Shown piece by piece: positions 12,705 through 25,242 of a stretch of DNA of 37,141 nt. The notes under the pieces were generated by a model. It was not told the origin of the DNA. It did not search any database and saw nothing but the letters and a program-made list of their open reading frames with translations. The stretch is from assembly GCF_001186125.1 (NCBI RefSeq), contig NW_014040466.1, positions 1-37,141 on the forward strand, in the 5' to 3' direction. Each line of letters opens with the position of its first letter. Within the stretch, counting starts at the first letter, position 1. The stretch comes from Sphaeroforma arctica JP610. Taxonomy: Eukaryota. The translations under genes and the position numbers were made by a program.

Positions 12705-13023
12705 TACATACCTATATAAATACATAATCATTGTTTTCGAGGTAAATACACATACAATTAGCACTTTGTAACCGAAAGTAGACGACCTTATAACTGTACA
12801 ATGTGGTGACTGGTGACCGATCATTTGTGATATAGGCGCTGCGCTGTTCTTTTAAGTACACAGAACTCTGTTCATCACTGTCACTTCCAAATTTTCAACA
12901 TAATGGCTCGTGTTGTAGTGTTTGTTCACGCTCAAACTCTAAGCTATGTACTATTCATCTGTGACTCAACTTAGTCACATATCCATTTAAATATTTTGTA
13001 TACCATATTGTTATATGTATACA
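12705..13023 (+). repeat. Putative 3' LTR of the Gypsy integrase fragment
   Basis: Follows the purine tract GGGGGAGTG12A (12684-12704). The start TACATACCTATA matches the reverse complement of the end (TATATGTATACA) at 9/12 positions, but the initial TG is not intact. Confidence 0.35.
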
Positions 13024-13975
13024 CTTGCTGCAATACCAAAACATATCTATATACATAAAAATATATATAAATACAAATGTGGATGGTTGCATGACGCTTG
13101 AGTCAGATGAATGACACGTTCGTCTTTTATCCGACTCTTCTTGTTATTTATACCGGAAAATATTCGCAGGTGCATCAACAGAACTCTAAAACCTGAAATC
13201 TCAGGAGAATCCGCGAATAACGCTTCAATTTGACAACTTATATATGCTAGCAATATCAACAATAGCACAAGACAAAAGCTGACTTAGATGTTATTTGCAC
13301 ATTATTCCTGCAGGGGTTTTTATATATATCCAGAGTTGGAAAGCAGTTCAGAAAGAGGAAAATACTTTCGACTCCTTGTATTTAGCATGTAATACATATG
13401 GCAATCGAGTTGGAGCAACAGTATCGTATCGATATGACATCTCCACTTCAATGTACGCAGACTGCTGAATATTACCATTTTTGATGTCGCTATAAATATA
13501 AACAAACATAGACCATCATATATTAGCTATTAATAATATTGAACTTCTAAGTGTTGTGAAGTTTTGCTCGATTTACATTGGTCCATCCGATTCGTCGGGA
13601 ACTTGGTTCTTGGGGATGCCTTGTATTGACATGTGATTAAGTACGAAATTATCAATATATTATTTTTGTCATGGTCTCTATTTTTTTGAGAATCCGTGTG
13701 GAAAATGTCGTCGTTTTGATTCATTCCAGATATTGTCTTAAGTATCTTCACAGCCGGCTATTTTCAGCCCCAAACAAAAGATACCAAGCTCTTGGTCACT
13801 TTCAATTTGTTCGCATTTCTCAAATAAGATATTAATTTTATTGAATTTGGTAGAAATTAGTGCAAAAGATTAGTCACGACAAATGCATCATGTAAATGTT
13901 ATTACAGTTATTGTTTGACTATTGACTCGTGTTGGTGGCATCACTCATGTTATAGGAATCAAATTCCATAGCTGA

Positions 13976-14239
13976 TGTAGTAAATTAGGTGAATAACTGA
14001 ATCAAACAACCTAGTACTAGGTAGATTGGTTCAGCCATTCACCTAATTTACTATAAAACTGGAAAGCGTCGCGAGTACTTCGATCTCAGTCCGCACGATG
14101 CGCTCCTGGGTGGATTCCTTTGAACCTTTCACGCTGTGATCACCACTCCTAAGCGAATTTCTCTGAACCTTCCACGCTGGGCAATAGTGCTAGTCTAATA
14201 CTAGGTTGGGTAGTTCAGTCATTTACCTAATTTACTACA
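13976..14239. mobile_element. 264-bp TG...CA element with ~45-bp terminal inverted repeats (MITE or solo LTR)
   Basis: Begins TGTAGTAAATTAGGT and ends ACCTAATTTACTACA. Internal 80-bp palindrome at 13976-14055. Flanks are CTGA / CTGG. Confidence 0.7.
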
Positions 14240-14670
14240 CTGGACATTGGCTATGCCAATATATAAGAACCAGTCTTCGAATATTGATACCTTGTAGTCG
14301 GAAAACCCCTGCTACTCTTTTGAAAATAGCAATATGTATACTGTATAGTTAAGGTATATTCTTGACAAGTACTTGGTCAGCAGTTTCAAGTTGGTTTGAG
14401 CTGCTGCCGTTTTTGTTATTGACCAGTTCTTCCGGGATACTCAAATCTATGTACTTTATATATCAGATGAGACAAATGTTGTGTGTTCAATCTATGTTGT
14501 ACAATCTGCTGCATATGTAGTCAAAAATGAGTAATCCTATTTTGTCTGTACTTCACCTTGACCAATCAAGATCCCTTCCAGAAGTATGAGTATACAATGG
14601 CAGATTAGAATTTCACCAGTTATTATGTCCTGTAACTGTAATCAACTGTAGAATATGCAAGAAAATACAT

Positions 14671-14840
14671 TCTAGAGGGTTGGCTTGATATATTGCGCTT
14701 TTACAGCTAATGGTAAAACCCATGATATATACACCGCTGTAAAGCTGAGAAAATATCTAGAGGTTTGGCTTGATATATTGCACTTTTACAGCTAATGGTT
14801 AACCCCATAATGTATACAGAGTTGTAAAGCTGAGAAGATA
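14671..14840. repeat. 85-bp tandem duplication (2 copies)
   Basis: TCTAGAGG.TTGGCTTGATATATTGC... starts at 14671 and 14756. Confidence 0.9.
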
Positions 14841-14967
14841 CGCTGAGAATATAACAGTCAAAAGTGTGTAGTTTACGTACTTGCCACGAATCCTAACAAA
14901 CAAGTATATCAATTAAAAAAAAAATTCTAAAAGTAAATATACTGGATTGCACCAGTATGACATAAAA

Positions 14968-15116
14968 AGTAACAAATAAGATGAATGACTGATCCAAATG
15001 AATCCTAACAATCAAGCATATCACACTATAAAAAAATGTAAGACATTATGAATAATAAGTAATATGAATGACGGATACTATGTTGGTTGTTTCAGTCATT
15101 TACCTTATTCACCACA
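14968..15116. repeat. Degenerate relative of the 13976-14239 element
   Basis: The end TACTATGTTGGTTGTTTCAGTCATTTACCTTATTCACCACA resembles 14199-14239. The left end has a weak match to the left TIR. Confidence 0.5.
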
Positions 15117-15322
15117 TTAGTAGGTGTACCCTTAGTATAAACGGTCAAATGCTTCTGTGTACGTGTACAGCGCACACGCGTTAAAAACTTCACAGTGAGG
15201 CAATGTATTATTGTAAAACTTGTGTACAGACTGGCGAGTACATAGATACTTATATGTGTACACCCTTTATGTGCACGTTTAGTATTAATAGTATATACAA
15301 AAAAATTGCTACGTATATTTTT

Positions 15323-15342
15323 NNNNNNNNNNNNNNNNNNNN
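15323..15342. other. Assembly gap
   Basis: Run of 20 N. Confidence 1.
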
Positions 15343-17684
15343 TGAGTCAGAGACCATATTCGGATACTTGTTTGCTGTGTTCTGCAGCTATATTAAGATT
15401 GAGCTTAAGCTAAACGCTCTGTCGAATACTTATAAAAATAAGAGGAGTCTAATACTTTTGATATATAATTCAAACAAGACAAACACTCCCAGTAATGCAG
15501 TCATGGTGATGTCTACTGAAGCATGACAATATCGTCAATACATATACCTTACTAAGGACATGGAGCAAGACTCAAATCTTTACATAACAAACCAGAACCT
15601 TGTATACAATACTCAAAGCTGCTTAAAGAACAGTCAAGTGTGGTCAAACTGCTTGTTTACAAACTCCTACGTAAAATATAGTTAATTAGCCACGTTTCCC
15701 AAACATCCACTAATAAGAACTCTACTGATGTCGCTGACACTAAGGATTTAGTTGACCCAACAAACACATCTCAAATATTTGCCAACTTGGCAAAACTCAA
15801 AAAAATAATTGACATGTTGCATAATCTTCCTCACTGAACACACTTACAAGCAGCGATTGGTGCGTGACTTTATAATCCTGCACTGAACGTGAAGTGTATC
15901 GACACTGTACTGAATGTCAGAAGACGAACATATAGGGGTTGGCACCCCTTAAAAATGTGCGCCGAGTCATAGTCGACCAGGTATAACCCCTTCGATCCAG
16001 ACACACTAACGATTTATGTCTATCATTTTTTATGTGTGCCTTCGGGCTACAATTTGCTTTATACAATACCGAACAATCGCCCACAACCAATTGCAAAACT
16101 ACGCTATCACGTTTTTTGTGTGACTTTTGTCTTCTCTGAGCAATATATTCCGATGATAGCACATATTGTGTTTGTACCGAAGTAACGAAAGCGCTTTTAC
16201 TCATATCATGCGTAGCTTATAGACCTGGTGTTCTTTATAAACTTCAAACGCATGCCGTTAATATTGCACGCCATATAAAAATCAACTATTTTGCAACCCG
16301 CACTAGGCGATGTAGTGGTTCTACCATTTGAATATGTTTCCTTGTCGACAAAGCACCCTTTCATGATGTATTTGAGGACCGACTCTGTCATGATGTAAAA
16401 AAGGACCGGACATGATAATTCAGATTATGAAGATACCTCCATAATGGTGACTGAATTTAGCGTCATCGATGCATTGTAAAATTTTGTATCTAGGAACCCA
16501 AAAATATAGAGACAGATATTTATTCAAACCCGTCAGAGTTGACATATCCCAAACCTTTTATGTAAAGCGAAACTCGTACCTTCGCTGTAATGCGATCAAT
16601 AATTTCATCAGACATACCATCTAGAACGACACTTCCGACTGAACTCATTTATTCAGACTTGTTGCACTTTGATAAGCTGAACCTGGTTCTGCCTACAGCA
16701 TTTGCTAGCATACAAGGCGGAAGATGAATTGGATGAATGGTTGAATGTACTACTGGGATTGAGGATTAAAGTACTTCCCGCCCATAAAATCACTGAGTTT
16801 AAAAAGGATACGTCTATTGGTTTGACAAGTGCCAATGCGTGCTTGCAGCGGTTTGGCATGATATCATCTAGACGTTTTCTACCAAGGTGTGATTGTAATT
16901 GTTTCACGTGGTATAGTATACATGTGTATGTTTTAGTAGTATGCTACCCAGTGTCATTGAAGGTGTAAATATAGTTTTTGTTGTGTGCTTATGATTACAT
17001 CGTTTATATATTGTGGATAGCTGCTCAAAAGGGTATATCTATGGGTTTGTCAATTGCCAAGGTGTGCAGGCAGTTGCTTGACTTGATATTATGTCTATGT
17101 GCACTGCCAAGGTGTGCTTGTAGTTGTTTCACTTGAATATGTTTCTAGAAGTGTGCTAGCCCAATTGTAATATTTGTTGAAGTGACATTGAAGTGTGTAT
17201 GTAGTCTTTGTTGTGTGCTGATAAATGCTTTGTCGTCCAATATAAACTAGTTGCATCTAAACGATGATATATCAAGGTATAAAATAATGCGTATACGATT
17301 GACGATATTGTTTTATTTAGCTCACAACTAACAGTCATCGTAGGTAGTAATATATTGAGTTCCCATTCTTCATCCATCGCATACTGTACAATTTTCTTAG
17401 TGCATGCTTGTATAGTTGAAAATAGCATATCTTTCATCAATGGAGTGTCTTGGAAGCATCATGATTTATTATTATTCAAAAAGTACATCTAGTATAAGCT
17501 AGATTCACTTCGTGTATATCTATAGCACGAGGTTATAAGCCTATATACACATCAATCTAGCTGTTATCGTGCAGATAGTATCAGCAGTACGTCCATCTCA
17601 AAACATGCAGGTTAAGGTACTTTATGACTTTGTACTCTTGCTGTACATCTCAAATATTCACGATATACAGCCTAGTATTATTTA

Positions 17685-18337
17685 CAAGTTTTAGGGGGCT
17701 AAAAACCCCTAAACCCTAAACACAACATTAATCTATACTGACACGCGTGTATCATTTTGGTTAGTTTTCTTTTCCTGAATGGGGTATTAGAGTTGTGTGA
17801 GGCGTATTACCTTTTAAAAATTGGAGAAATGGAGAAATTGAGAAATTCAAAATTGAATACTGAGATAATTATTAATGAATTTCCAGTCGACACATGTGAG
17901 CCAATAGAAAATGAGCTTGGTCAAAGCCAATGGGAATGACCCTATCGTGTGTAATAGTTCAATACCTAATGACAGTGGTTTATTCCTACTTCTTGAATGT
18001 AAAAGTTGTTTTTATGTATTGTATAAAAGTTCGATACAAGGACAGTGATTTATTCTAACTTGAATGTAGAATGTATGAATTGTATAGTACTTTGGTAGTG
18101 ACAGTGATTTGTTCTTACTTGAATTTAAAGAGGTATGGATTGTATAGTAGTTCGGTATTGACAGTCATTCATTCTTACAGAAAGTAAAGATATGTGAATT
18201 GTATAAAAATTTGGTAGTCTTAAATGTAAAGATTTTTGCATTGTATAGTAGTTCGGTAGTGACAGTGATTTGTTTGACGTGTTTTAGGCGGTCGATTCTT
18301 CCACACCACTGCCTTTTAAAAATCATCAAAATAGAGA
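17685..18337 (-). mobile_element. Possible non-autonomous Helitron
   Basis: On the - strand, A|TCTCTATTTTG... at the 5' end; a hairpin AGGGG-tttttagc-CCCCT then AAAA-CTTG|T at the 3' end (one mismatch from CTAG). Contains an internal minisatellite. Confidence 0.35.
17970..18275. repeat. ~60-bp imperfect minisatellite (about 5 units)
   Basis: GACAGT(G/C) unit starts at 17971, 18041, 18100, 18160 and 18261, with recurring TTGTATAGTAGTTCGGTA. Confidence 0.85.
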
Positions 18338-19016
18338 TGGAATTAAAAGTGCATTGTATGAACAATATACGAATATGTACACAACACCCCTGTGTATGTT
18401 GTTAAGTGTATCTGATAAGGGCTTCGTAAGCTCAAAAAGTTGAAACATGTCAGTTGACAGTATACCAATTTTTTCCAGTACTCTATAAAGTTCGGTACAT
18501 CTATTTTAAAAACAAAAGATCTTAAGAAATATACTGAGCTGAACTCGCTCTCGGGCGGGGTACTCTATGTTGCAAATTATTTTTACCTTCTTAGATGCCG
18601 CAGTAAATCAGACCATCTTATGTTTTTTATATGCAGTTGGCGTAGAACTGTGAAACGGGAATGCAATGTTTGAATCAGATGTAAGCATGGTGATTACCGC
18701 ATGTGCGCAATCAATGTTACTCCAATTATACAATTTCTGGTTTTGTATTCTCCGTCGTATGTTATGGTAAGTTGTGGCTAGATGCTTCGGTTTTCAGGTA
18801 CCCTGAATTAAGAAACGTCTTTCAAAGGGCAACCTGGTGAACACAATTGATTTAAAAAAAAAGTTTCATGTCAGCGAAGTATGTAAGAGGCAAATACATG
18901 TTCCGAGAGCTTGTACCCGTATCAATGAACCCAATTATCCTTCTTGCATCCGTTTTTCAGAGAACGCTGCTTTCCTGGCATTATCAAAGTAGCATGTTTC
19001 TTATCTGAGTTTAAGT

Positions 19017-19446
19017 TGTGAATCCTACATTTAATCCATATACCATAAGTTCCAATATTAGAGCGTAGAATAGTAAATTTATATTTAATGTAAATTTATA
19101 TATTTATTTCTGGTTTCACCATTTGTTTTATATCTACGGTGTTTGTAATAGTGTTCAGCCACTTGGATTGGCCAGGGTGGAAACGCACATAGGGAATATA
19201 AGAAACCTTCAGAACACTTTTACACTTCGATAATGTGCATGTAGATATAATAATTTACCCAAATTGAAATGAATAACATCATCCCTATTCTATTTCGACT
19301 TCTCTGTTAGTTGATATGCTCGTGTTGTTGGTCGAGAGTGAGTTAAGAAACTTATTCGACTCTTGGGAGTGAGTCAATTCAAATGATTTCAATGGATCAG
19401 AGTGTTAACTTGTTGTGAAAGCTGGTCTGACACCTGTAGACTCTCA
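19017..19446 (-). repeat. Solo LTR related to 9817-10319
   Basis: The reverse complement aligns by eye with 9817-9930 and ~10100-10300. Termini TGAGAGTCTACA...TGTAGGATTCACA. No clean TSD (TAAGT / AAAAT). Confidence 0.75.
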
Positions 19447-22388
19447 AAAATACTTTTCCACTGCTTTGTATTAATCTTATATACTAACCGACGCATTGTG
19501 CCGGTTTTCTGGCCTTCTCAAAACGCTTCCTCTTCTACTTGAACATGCCGCAGTCCTGAATATACAGTATTATCCACCCTTACGACCCAATTGCGTTTCG
19601 GATCAGACCCACCAGCAACCGCATGTGGAGTTTCAGGATTCATACAAGTCCGTCGAGGGTTTGCGACTCCCAACCTGAGCTTGGGCATGTCTTTCTAATG
19701 CAGTACGGTTGCCTGCTGCTAACTGTTTCGTGTGCTCTCCTTCTCGTCAGGTGTACTCCTGCATCTGTATTTAAAAATCATATAAGCACATATCCTTAGC
19801 ATCTGCGTATGTGTCGCTACTGTCCTCCAATCCAAAAACGACATATTTATTTTTAGGATAATGTAATGTCAATTAAGGCCTAATGTAGAAGTACATGAAT
19901 CTCTGGACACTTTCAATGAGTTTATTTCGACCTCCAATGTGATCTCATGGCCAGTGTAATAGGAATTGCGATGAATGTTTTTATAAAACTGTCGATCAGG
20001 TCATTACCGCTGTAGTTTACCTTTTAAGGGTGTGCTCAGAGTTTAGAAAAAAATCGCATCAATGACCATTCCAACACGTGTATAGAATCTTTTCTCATAA
20101 ACATTGATGTTCAATATGATCATTCGCGCAATTGTTTCTGCAGAGAACCATGACCACAGAACATCGACAGTGAAATGGATCAGGTCGTTGTAATACCGCA
20201 ACAGTAAACATGCGGAACCGTCAGAAAATAGGGGTGTACAGAAGCAGCGGATGTGACATACCAGTGAATGTATTGTATTTCAATTATAATCATGTGTTGA
20301 TAAAAAGTCAATTCATATAACTGACTATTTTTTATGCTTACTCCGAAAGACTACCCTCTACGAGGGCTGTTCACCTTCTTTTTTTCTATTGGTATATTGA
20401 TTTTTAACGAATACATGTATCGTATTTCATACCAGAAGCAGAGTGTGTCGTGGCACACTTTGTTCGGTTTGGCTTTGTATTGGAAGTACTGTTCTCATTT
20501 GTAGGGGTTGCCCATATTGAGTGGTCTAACTTTGCTTATTTGTGTGGACCTTTTGTGTCCTCAGTTTTTGAAATCAATTCCGGTGCAATGTGGGCCAGCT
20601 GTATAGTCATATTGAAAAATATCGCGATGTAGGCTGTCGACATCATATTTATAAAGAGTGTGTTCTAAGTTTGTGTTGGTCAGTCATCGTGGATGCAGCT
20701 TCATCGAACTAAGTGCTTGGTTTTGAAAAGTGAAGTACTTCTGTCTGGCGTAGCTACAATCTTTCCCAAAGCAATTGTGGTATTCGGGTGGTGAAATGCC
20801 CTGCTTTATTTGTGTGACTTTCTTCTCATATCTAGTGGGCGAGCACTTCGAGTGTGATTATTTACGCAAAACTGAAAGCATTCATTTTCTTTTGAAAGGG
20901 TGCTTAATCGATATTTTCTCGATCTTCATTTTTATTTGCTTCACGTACAAAAAGGGAATTTCATATTTAAAAATGATCCACATGCACATACCTGACTATG
21001 CATACATAAATGTACCCATACAACTAGATTACCATCTCCTATGTAAGTTTATGTTTTAGATGGGCCAGATCCGTCAGATTTGAATTCATAAAATCTCAAA
21101 GATGTATCATAGTGGGCGTAGTACTTACTACATACAAGATTATCAGCATTGATATATTCAGGAGTCGATTGACTGTTTGATGCTTTTTCTTGTTCTGTAT
21201 AAGTTTACTTTTGTGTGTATATCCAAAATGTTGTGTCCGTTTTCTTAAATGACCTCAGATTTTCCTTCCACCAAGTGCTTATAGAAATTTTGATTTTAAA
21301 GTGAATATAAAAATACTTTGGACAGGTATCTCGGATAGTTAGATATATATTCAGTGCTTTACAGATGAAGAGTACAAGATATGCAGGTCTGGCATGCATA
21401 TACGTGAATCGACCTGGCATATGCGTAGCATCCAGGGGCCAGATTATCAGAAAAGCCGATCATAAACCCAAAATCCGGGATTATCAAATACATGCTGAGT
21501 TTTGAATCTAGGATTCAATATTTCTGATGATAGAGTGATCAGAAATAGAAGCGGGATTACCGGTAGACGATACCGGGACCCCCGCGTGTGAGAAAAACAC
21601 AGAAGTAAATATTGAGTCTAATGTAGAAAATACTAAACACAAATAGATACTCAATACGAGTCCTTCAGCCTAGGACTTTACCTAGCTGAGATATTCGCAC
21701 TTGAGAAGAGGTCTTCCTTTGGTCGTATCCTGTCAGCTGCTCTAAAACTCTACATTTTTAACAATATCCTTACCACGGTAAGACAAATAACTCCTCTGAC
21801 ATATCAGTCTTAGGTAGTAGAATAACAGCTCTAGAGTCCTAGATAAGAAACTAGACAAAGATACCTGCAGTGGAAAACCGTCTGAAGACAGAAAAGAAGC
21901 AACGAGGATTGTCGAGAAAGATAAACTCGACAGAGAAGAGAAGCCCTTCTAGGAACCAGCTCAACAGATAAATCAAGAACTAGTGGACAAAACCAGTCAC
22001 ACAAGAAGTTTGAGCTAAACTCACACCAGGAGCAAATGGGCGGGACGGATACAGGTAACCACTGAGAGTTTATTGTACAACAGTGCTTTGTAGTGCCAAA
22101 GAAATTATGTCTAGTGTCTACCCTACCCACACTCCCAATCGGGCGAATTTCGCCCGAACGGGCGTGAAACGGCAACTCAGATGGGCCGTATTTCGTTCTA
22201 CGTACACGGTCATTTGAATAGCCAATCAATTTAAAGAAATCGTTTATTAGCGCACCAAACTCACCGCTTGTCAATACCTCTAATATATCAAGAGATATAC
22301 ACAAAGTGCCACGATATACATAGATATACGTAGGTGAATATTTGAGCACTGTATAGTAGGTTAGGGAGCATTTGTTCTTGGTCTAAAC

Positions 22389-23528
22389 ATGCCTACAGTA
22401 CCTAAAAACGATTCAGCAGCCGCCAAGCGAGTGGTGGGATCCACCGAGTATATACGGTGGCACCATATGGATAGCAGATATGCTTTGAATCGATTTGGAT
22501 CGCGATGGAAGGAGACCTGGAGCGAAGCATCTGTTGTGAGTGCAAAGAGCTCTGCGTCGGCAACAGGCAGGGTAAAGGTGTGGAAGATCACGTTGAGTGT
22601 TTATGGGTTCACAGATAGTGATGGATATGTATATAGTAAAGAGAAAGAACAGTCACCACAGCTCATAGCGTTGACTCCGCTTCCTGAAGTAGATGGTGAT
22701 GATGCACCTATAGGAACACCAATGCTGATTTGCGGTCCTACTCGTGCAGCTTTAGCTAGACACCAACTTTTAGTGCAAAACAATGGACCACGCACACGAT
22801 ACAGCTCAGACCAAGTACGTGTGGGTGCACCTGACTACTACAGCGATGCTGTACCACAAGCTGTTGTACAGCAATCAGATGCACACAACGAAGATGTACA
22901 CAGCAACACACACTCTCTTACACACAGTGCTCTTGCACAACCAACTATCACTCATCATACACCAATGACACACGTACACACAGAACGTTTAGAAACAACA
23001 CACGCTCACACAGCACGTGTAGACAACACCCACATGCACACAGCACGTGCAGGCGATATACAGGCGCATACATCACGTGCTGACGGCACAGACGCACACA
23101 CAGAACATGATGAGGACACAACCTCAGACACAGCACATGCTGAAGACACACCCGCACATACAACACATACCTCACAACGGTATCAACCAGCTGATCTAAG
23201 TTCTACACTTGTGCCAGGCGATGTGAGCATTGTGAACTTAGCACGAACACTGTCACACTTAACATTACATCCTCACAACATTGCACCGGATGGTATACAG
23301 CTGGCAGTGCATAATGCAGCTCCAGCCTCCGGATCATCAGCACAAACTAATCAACAAGACGACACTCAACCAGAAATTGACTTAGGATTGGACTTGGGTT
23401 TAGACAACGAGACTCCGGAACAACAACACACACACATGCACATGGAACACTTGCACGCGCACACGCCACATCTAACTCATCAACGCAACATGCCCGACAG
23501 CCACTTATCACTCCATCAAGTCTATTAA
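22389..23528 (+). CDS. N-terminal ORF of the piggyBac-like element, with His/Thr-rich 10-aa repeats; possibly the frameshifted transposase N-terminus
   Basis: 379-aa open frame inside the TIRs, ending 8 nt before the transposase-like ORF. Confidence 0.55.
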   Translation: MPTVPKNDSAAAKRVVGSTEYIRWHHMDSRYALNRFGSRWKETWSEASVVSAKSSASATGRVKVWKITLSVYGFTDSDGYVYSKEKEQSPQLIALTPLPEVDGDDAPIGTPMLICGPTRAALARHQLLVQNNGPRTRYSSDQVRVGAPDYYSDAVPQAVVQQSDAHNEDVHSNTHSLTHSALAQPTITHHTPMTHVHTERLETTHAHTARVDNTHMHTARAGDIQAHTSRADGTDAHTEHDEDTTSDTAHAEDTPAHTTHTSQRYQPADLSSTLVPGDVSIVNLARTLSHLTLHPHNIAPDGIQLAVHNAAPASGSSAQTNQQDDTQPEIDLGLDLGLDNETPEQQHTHMHMEHLHAHTPHLTHQRNMPDSHLSLHQVY

Positions 23529-23536
23529 GCGCGGTC

Positions 23537-25242
23537 ATGCCTTTTGATCTTACAGGCAGGGGACATATCATGCTAGATACGCTTCTCACACAGGCACCTA
23601 TTATCAGACCAACATCAATTGATGTCCATGGGGTGGTTTGGAAGTGGAAGTCTGTTGATGAGGATGCCCGTCCAGTCGAGAGACTGGACTGGAAGGTCAT
23701 CGCCAACAACCAGACATTCCGGCCTAGGGATGGGATAGCGCGTGATGCGCTCTCTTACTTTTACGCCATGTTTCCTCTTGGTCACTTAGAGGAAATGTGC
23801 GCATTGACAAACGCAACACTCACCACAAGCAAAGACAGGCGGTACGCACATCATTTAACACCAGGAGAGCTCCTCAAATGGTTCGGTGTGTGTGTTCAGT
23901 TCTGTTTCATCGATTTCGGCTCCCGGGCGGACTGTTGGCGGAAACAGGCATATGCACACGAGATGCATCCCCATATAATTTTGGCCGCTTTATGGAGCGT
24001 CGCCGATTCGATGCTATTTTCCAACATCTCTAATTTGCGGAGACTACGACAAACACGCTAAACCCAAACAGTCAAGACCACCGCTGGTCTCCTGTGAAAG
24101 GGTTTGTAGACGCTATCAATGATCACAATAACCGCCAGCAGCGAGATTTGCGTGGATGAAGGTATGAGCTGATGGTACGGCTTTGGAGGCCATTGGCTCA
24201 ATGGGGGCCTGCTCCATTACGTGTCTATGGATCGGAAGCCGGAGTCCGGCTGTGAGATCTGGACTGCTTGCTGCGGGAAGGGTCACTTTTTATTAAAGTT
24301 GGAGCTTGTGCAGTCGGCGGACGCCAGCGAGAGAGAACATGAAGCTGACCATCAACATGGTACAGCGACAACTCTGCGTTTGGTACAGAAGTACTTTGGC
24401 AGTGGACGTGCTATCTATGGTGATACCTGGTTTGCTAGCTATCTAAGACCGCAGCTAAGATGTTTCCCATGAAGGTTCTGGGTCGCGAAGAACTGGCTGG
24501 AGAGGGACATTGGTCCTCCATGGTGACCACAGATTCAGCTAATAACCAGTATATCGCATTGGTTTGGTCTGATAGAAATAGAAAGTATTTCATCAGCACT
24601 CAAAGTACTACTAAGCCGGGTACCACCATCTCTCGTATGAGAGTGAGAAATGACGGCAACACGATTGCAGCTAAAGAAGTGCGTTGCCAGCAGCCCCAGT
24701 TAGTAGAACAGTATTTTATATACAATGATATCGTCGATAGACATAATAGACACAGGCAGGATACGCTCAATCATGAGAAAAAGCTCGAGGTTAGAACCTG
24801 GCACAAACGCGTTGCTACCTCTTTGCTGGCTATGTGCATTGTTAATGCTTTATTGTTGTACAACGGGACTCGCACACCAACGGAGAAACAGGTTGATCAA
24901 CGAAACTACTATATGATGTTATCAAAAGAATTAATGAACAATAATTATGAGGCACGTGTTATACGTTCAGTTACAGCCGCAATTACAATCCGTCCAGAAG
25001 TAACTACTTCTGGGGTAGGCGCACATGCAACTCCCATCAAAGAAATGAAACGAGAAAGGAGAAAGAATAAGTATGGGGAGGTTGTAGAAGGTTTGCGTGC
25101 TTATCGGAAGTACTGCAAGTACAGTGGATATTTGAAGAAGAAATGCCGTACTGGGGATGAATGTAGTATGTGTGGTTTGTGTGTACACAAGGCCTGCTTC
25201 ATGGCACACCTCCGGGAATCACATCCCCACGACGAGGATTGA
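23537..25242 (+). pseudogene. piggyBac-family transposase (DDE_Tnp_1_7-like) with Cys-rich C-terminus
   Basis: YFYAMFP...TN...LTPGELLKWFG; ICVDEGMS*WYG...DRKP..GCEI; IYGDTWFAS; LVWSDRNRKYFIST; VDRHNRHRQ; C-terminal CKY...C...CSMCGLCVHKACFMAH. Several frameshifts. Confidence 0.88.

Noticed and set aside
13047..13950. Short - strand ORFs
   Set aside because: AT-rich, with no motifs; consistent with chance ORFs.
17970..18275. ~60-bp periodic repeat as CRISPR
   Set aside because: Whole units are homologous, with no unique spacers.
18860..18950. IIGFIDTGTS, an aspartic-protease-like motif on the - strand
   Set aside because: Short frame bounded by stops, with no supporting flanking domains.
20045..20190. 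DLIHFTVDVLWSWFSAETIARM, resembling a Tc1/mariner C-terminal helix
   Set aside because: No DDE motifs or TIRs were found nearby; the similarity is too weak.
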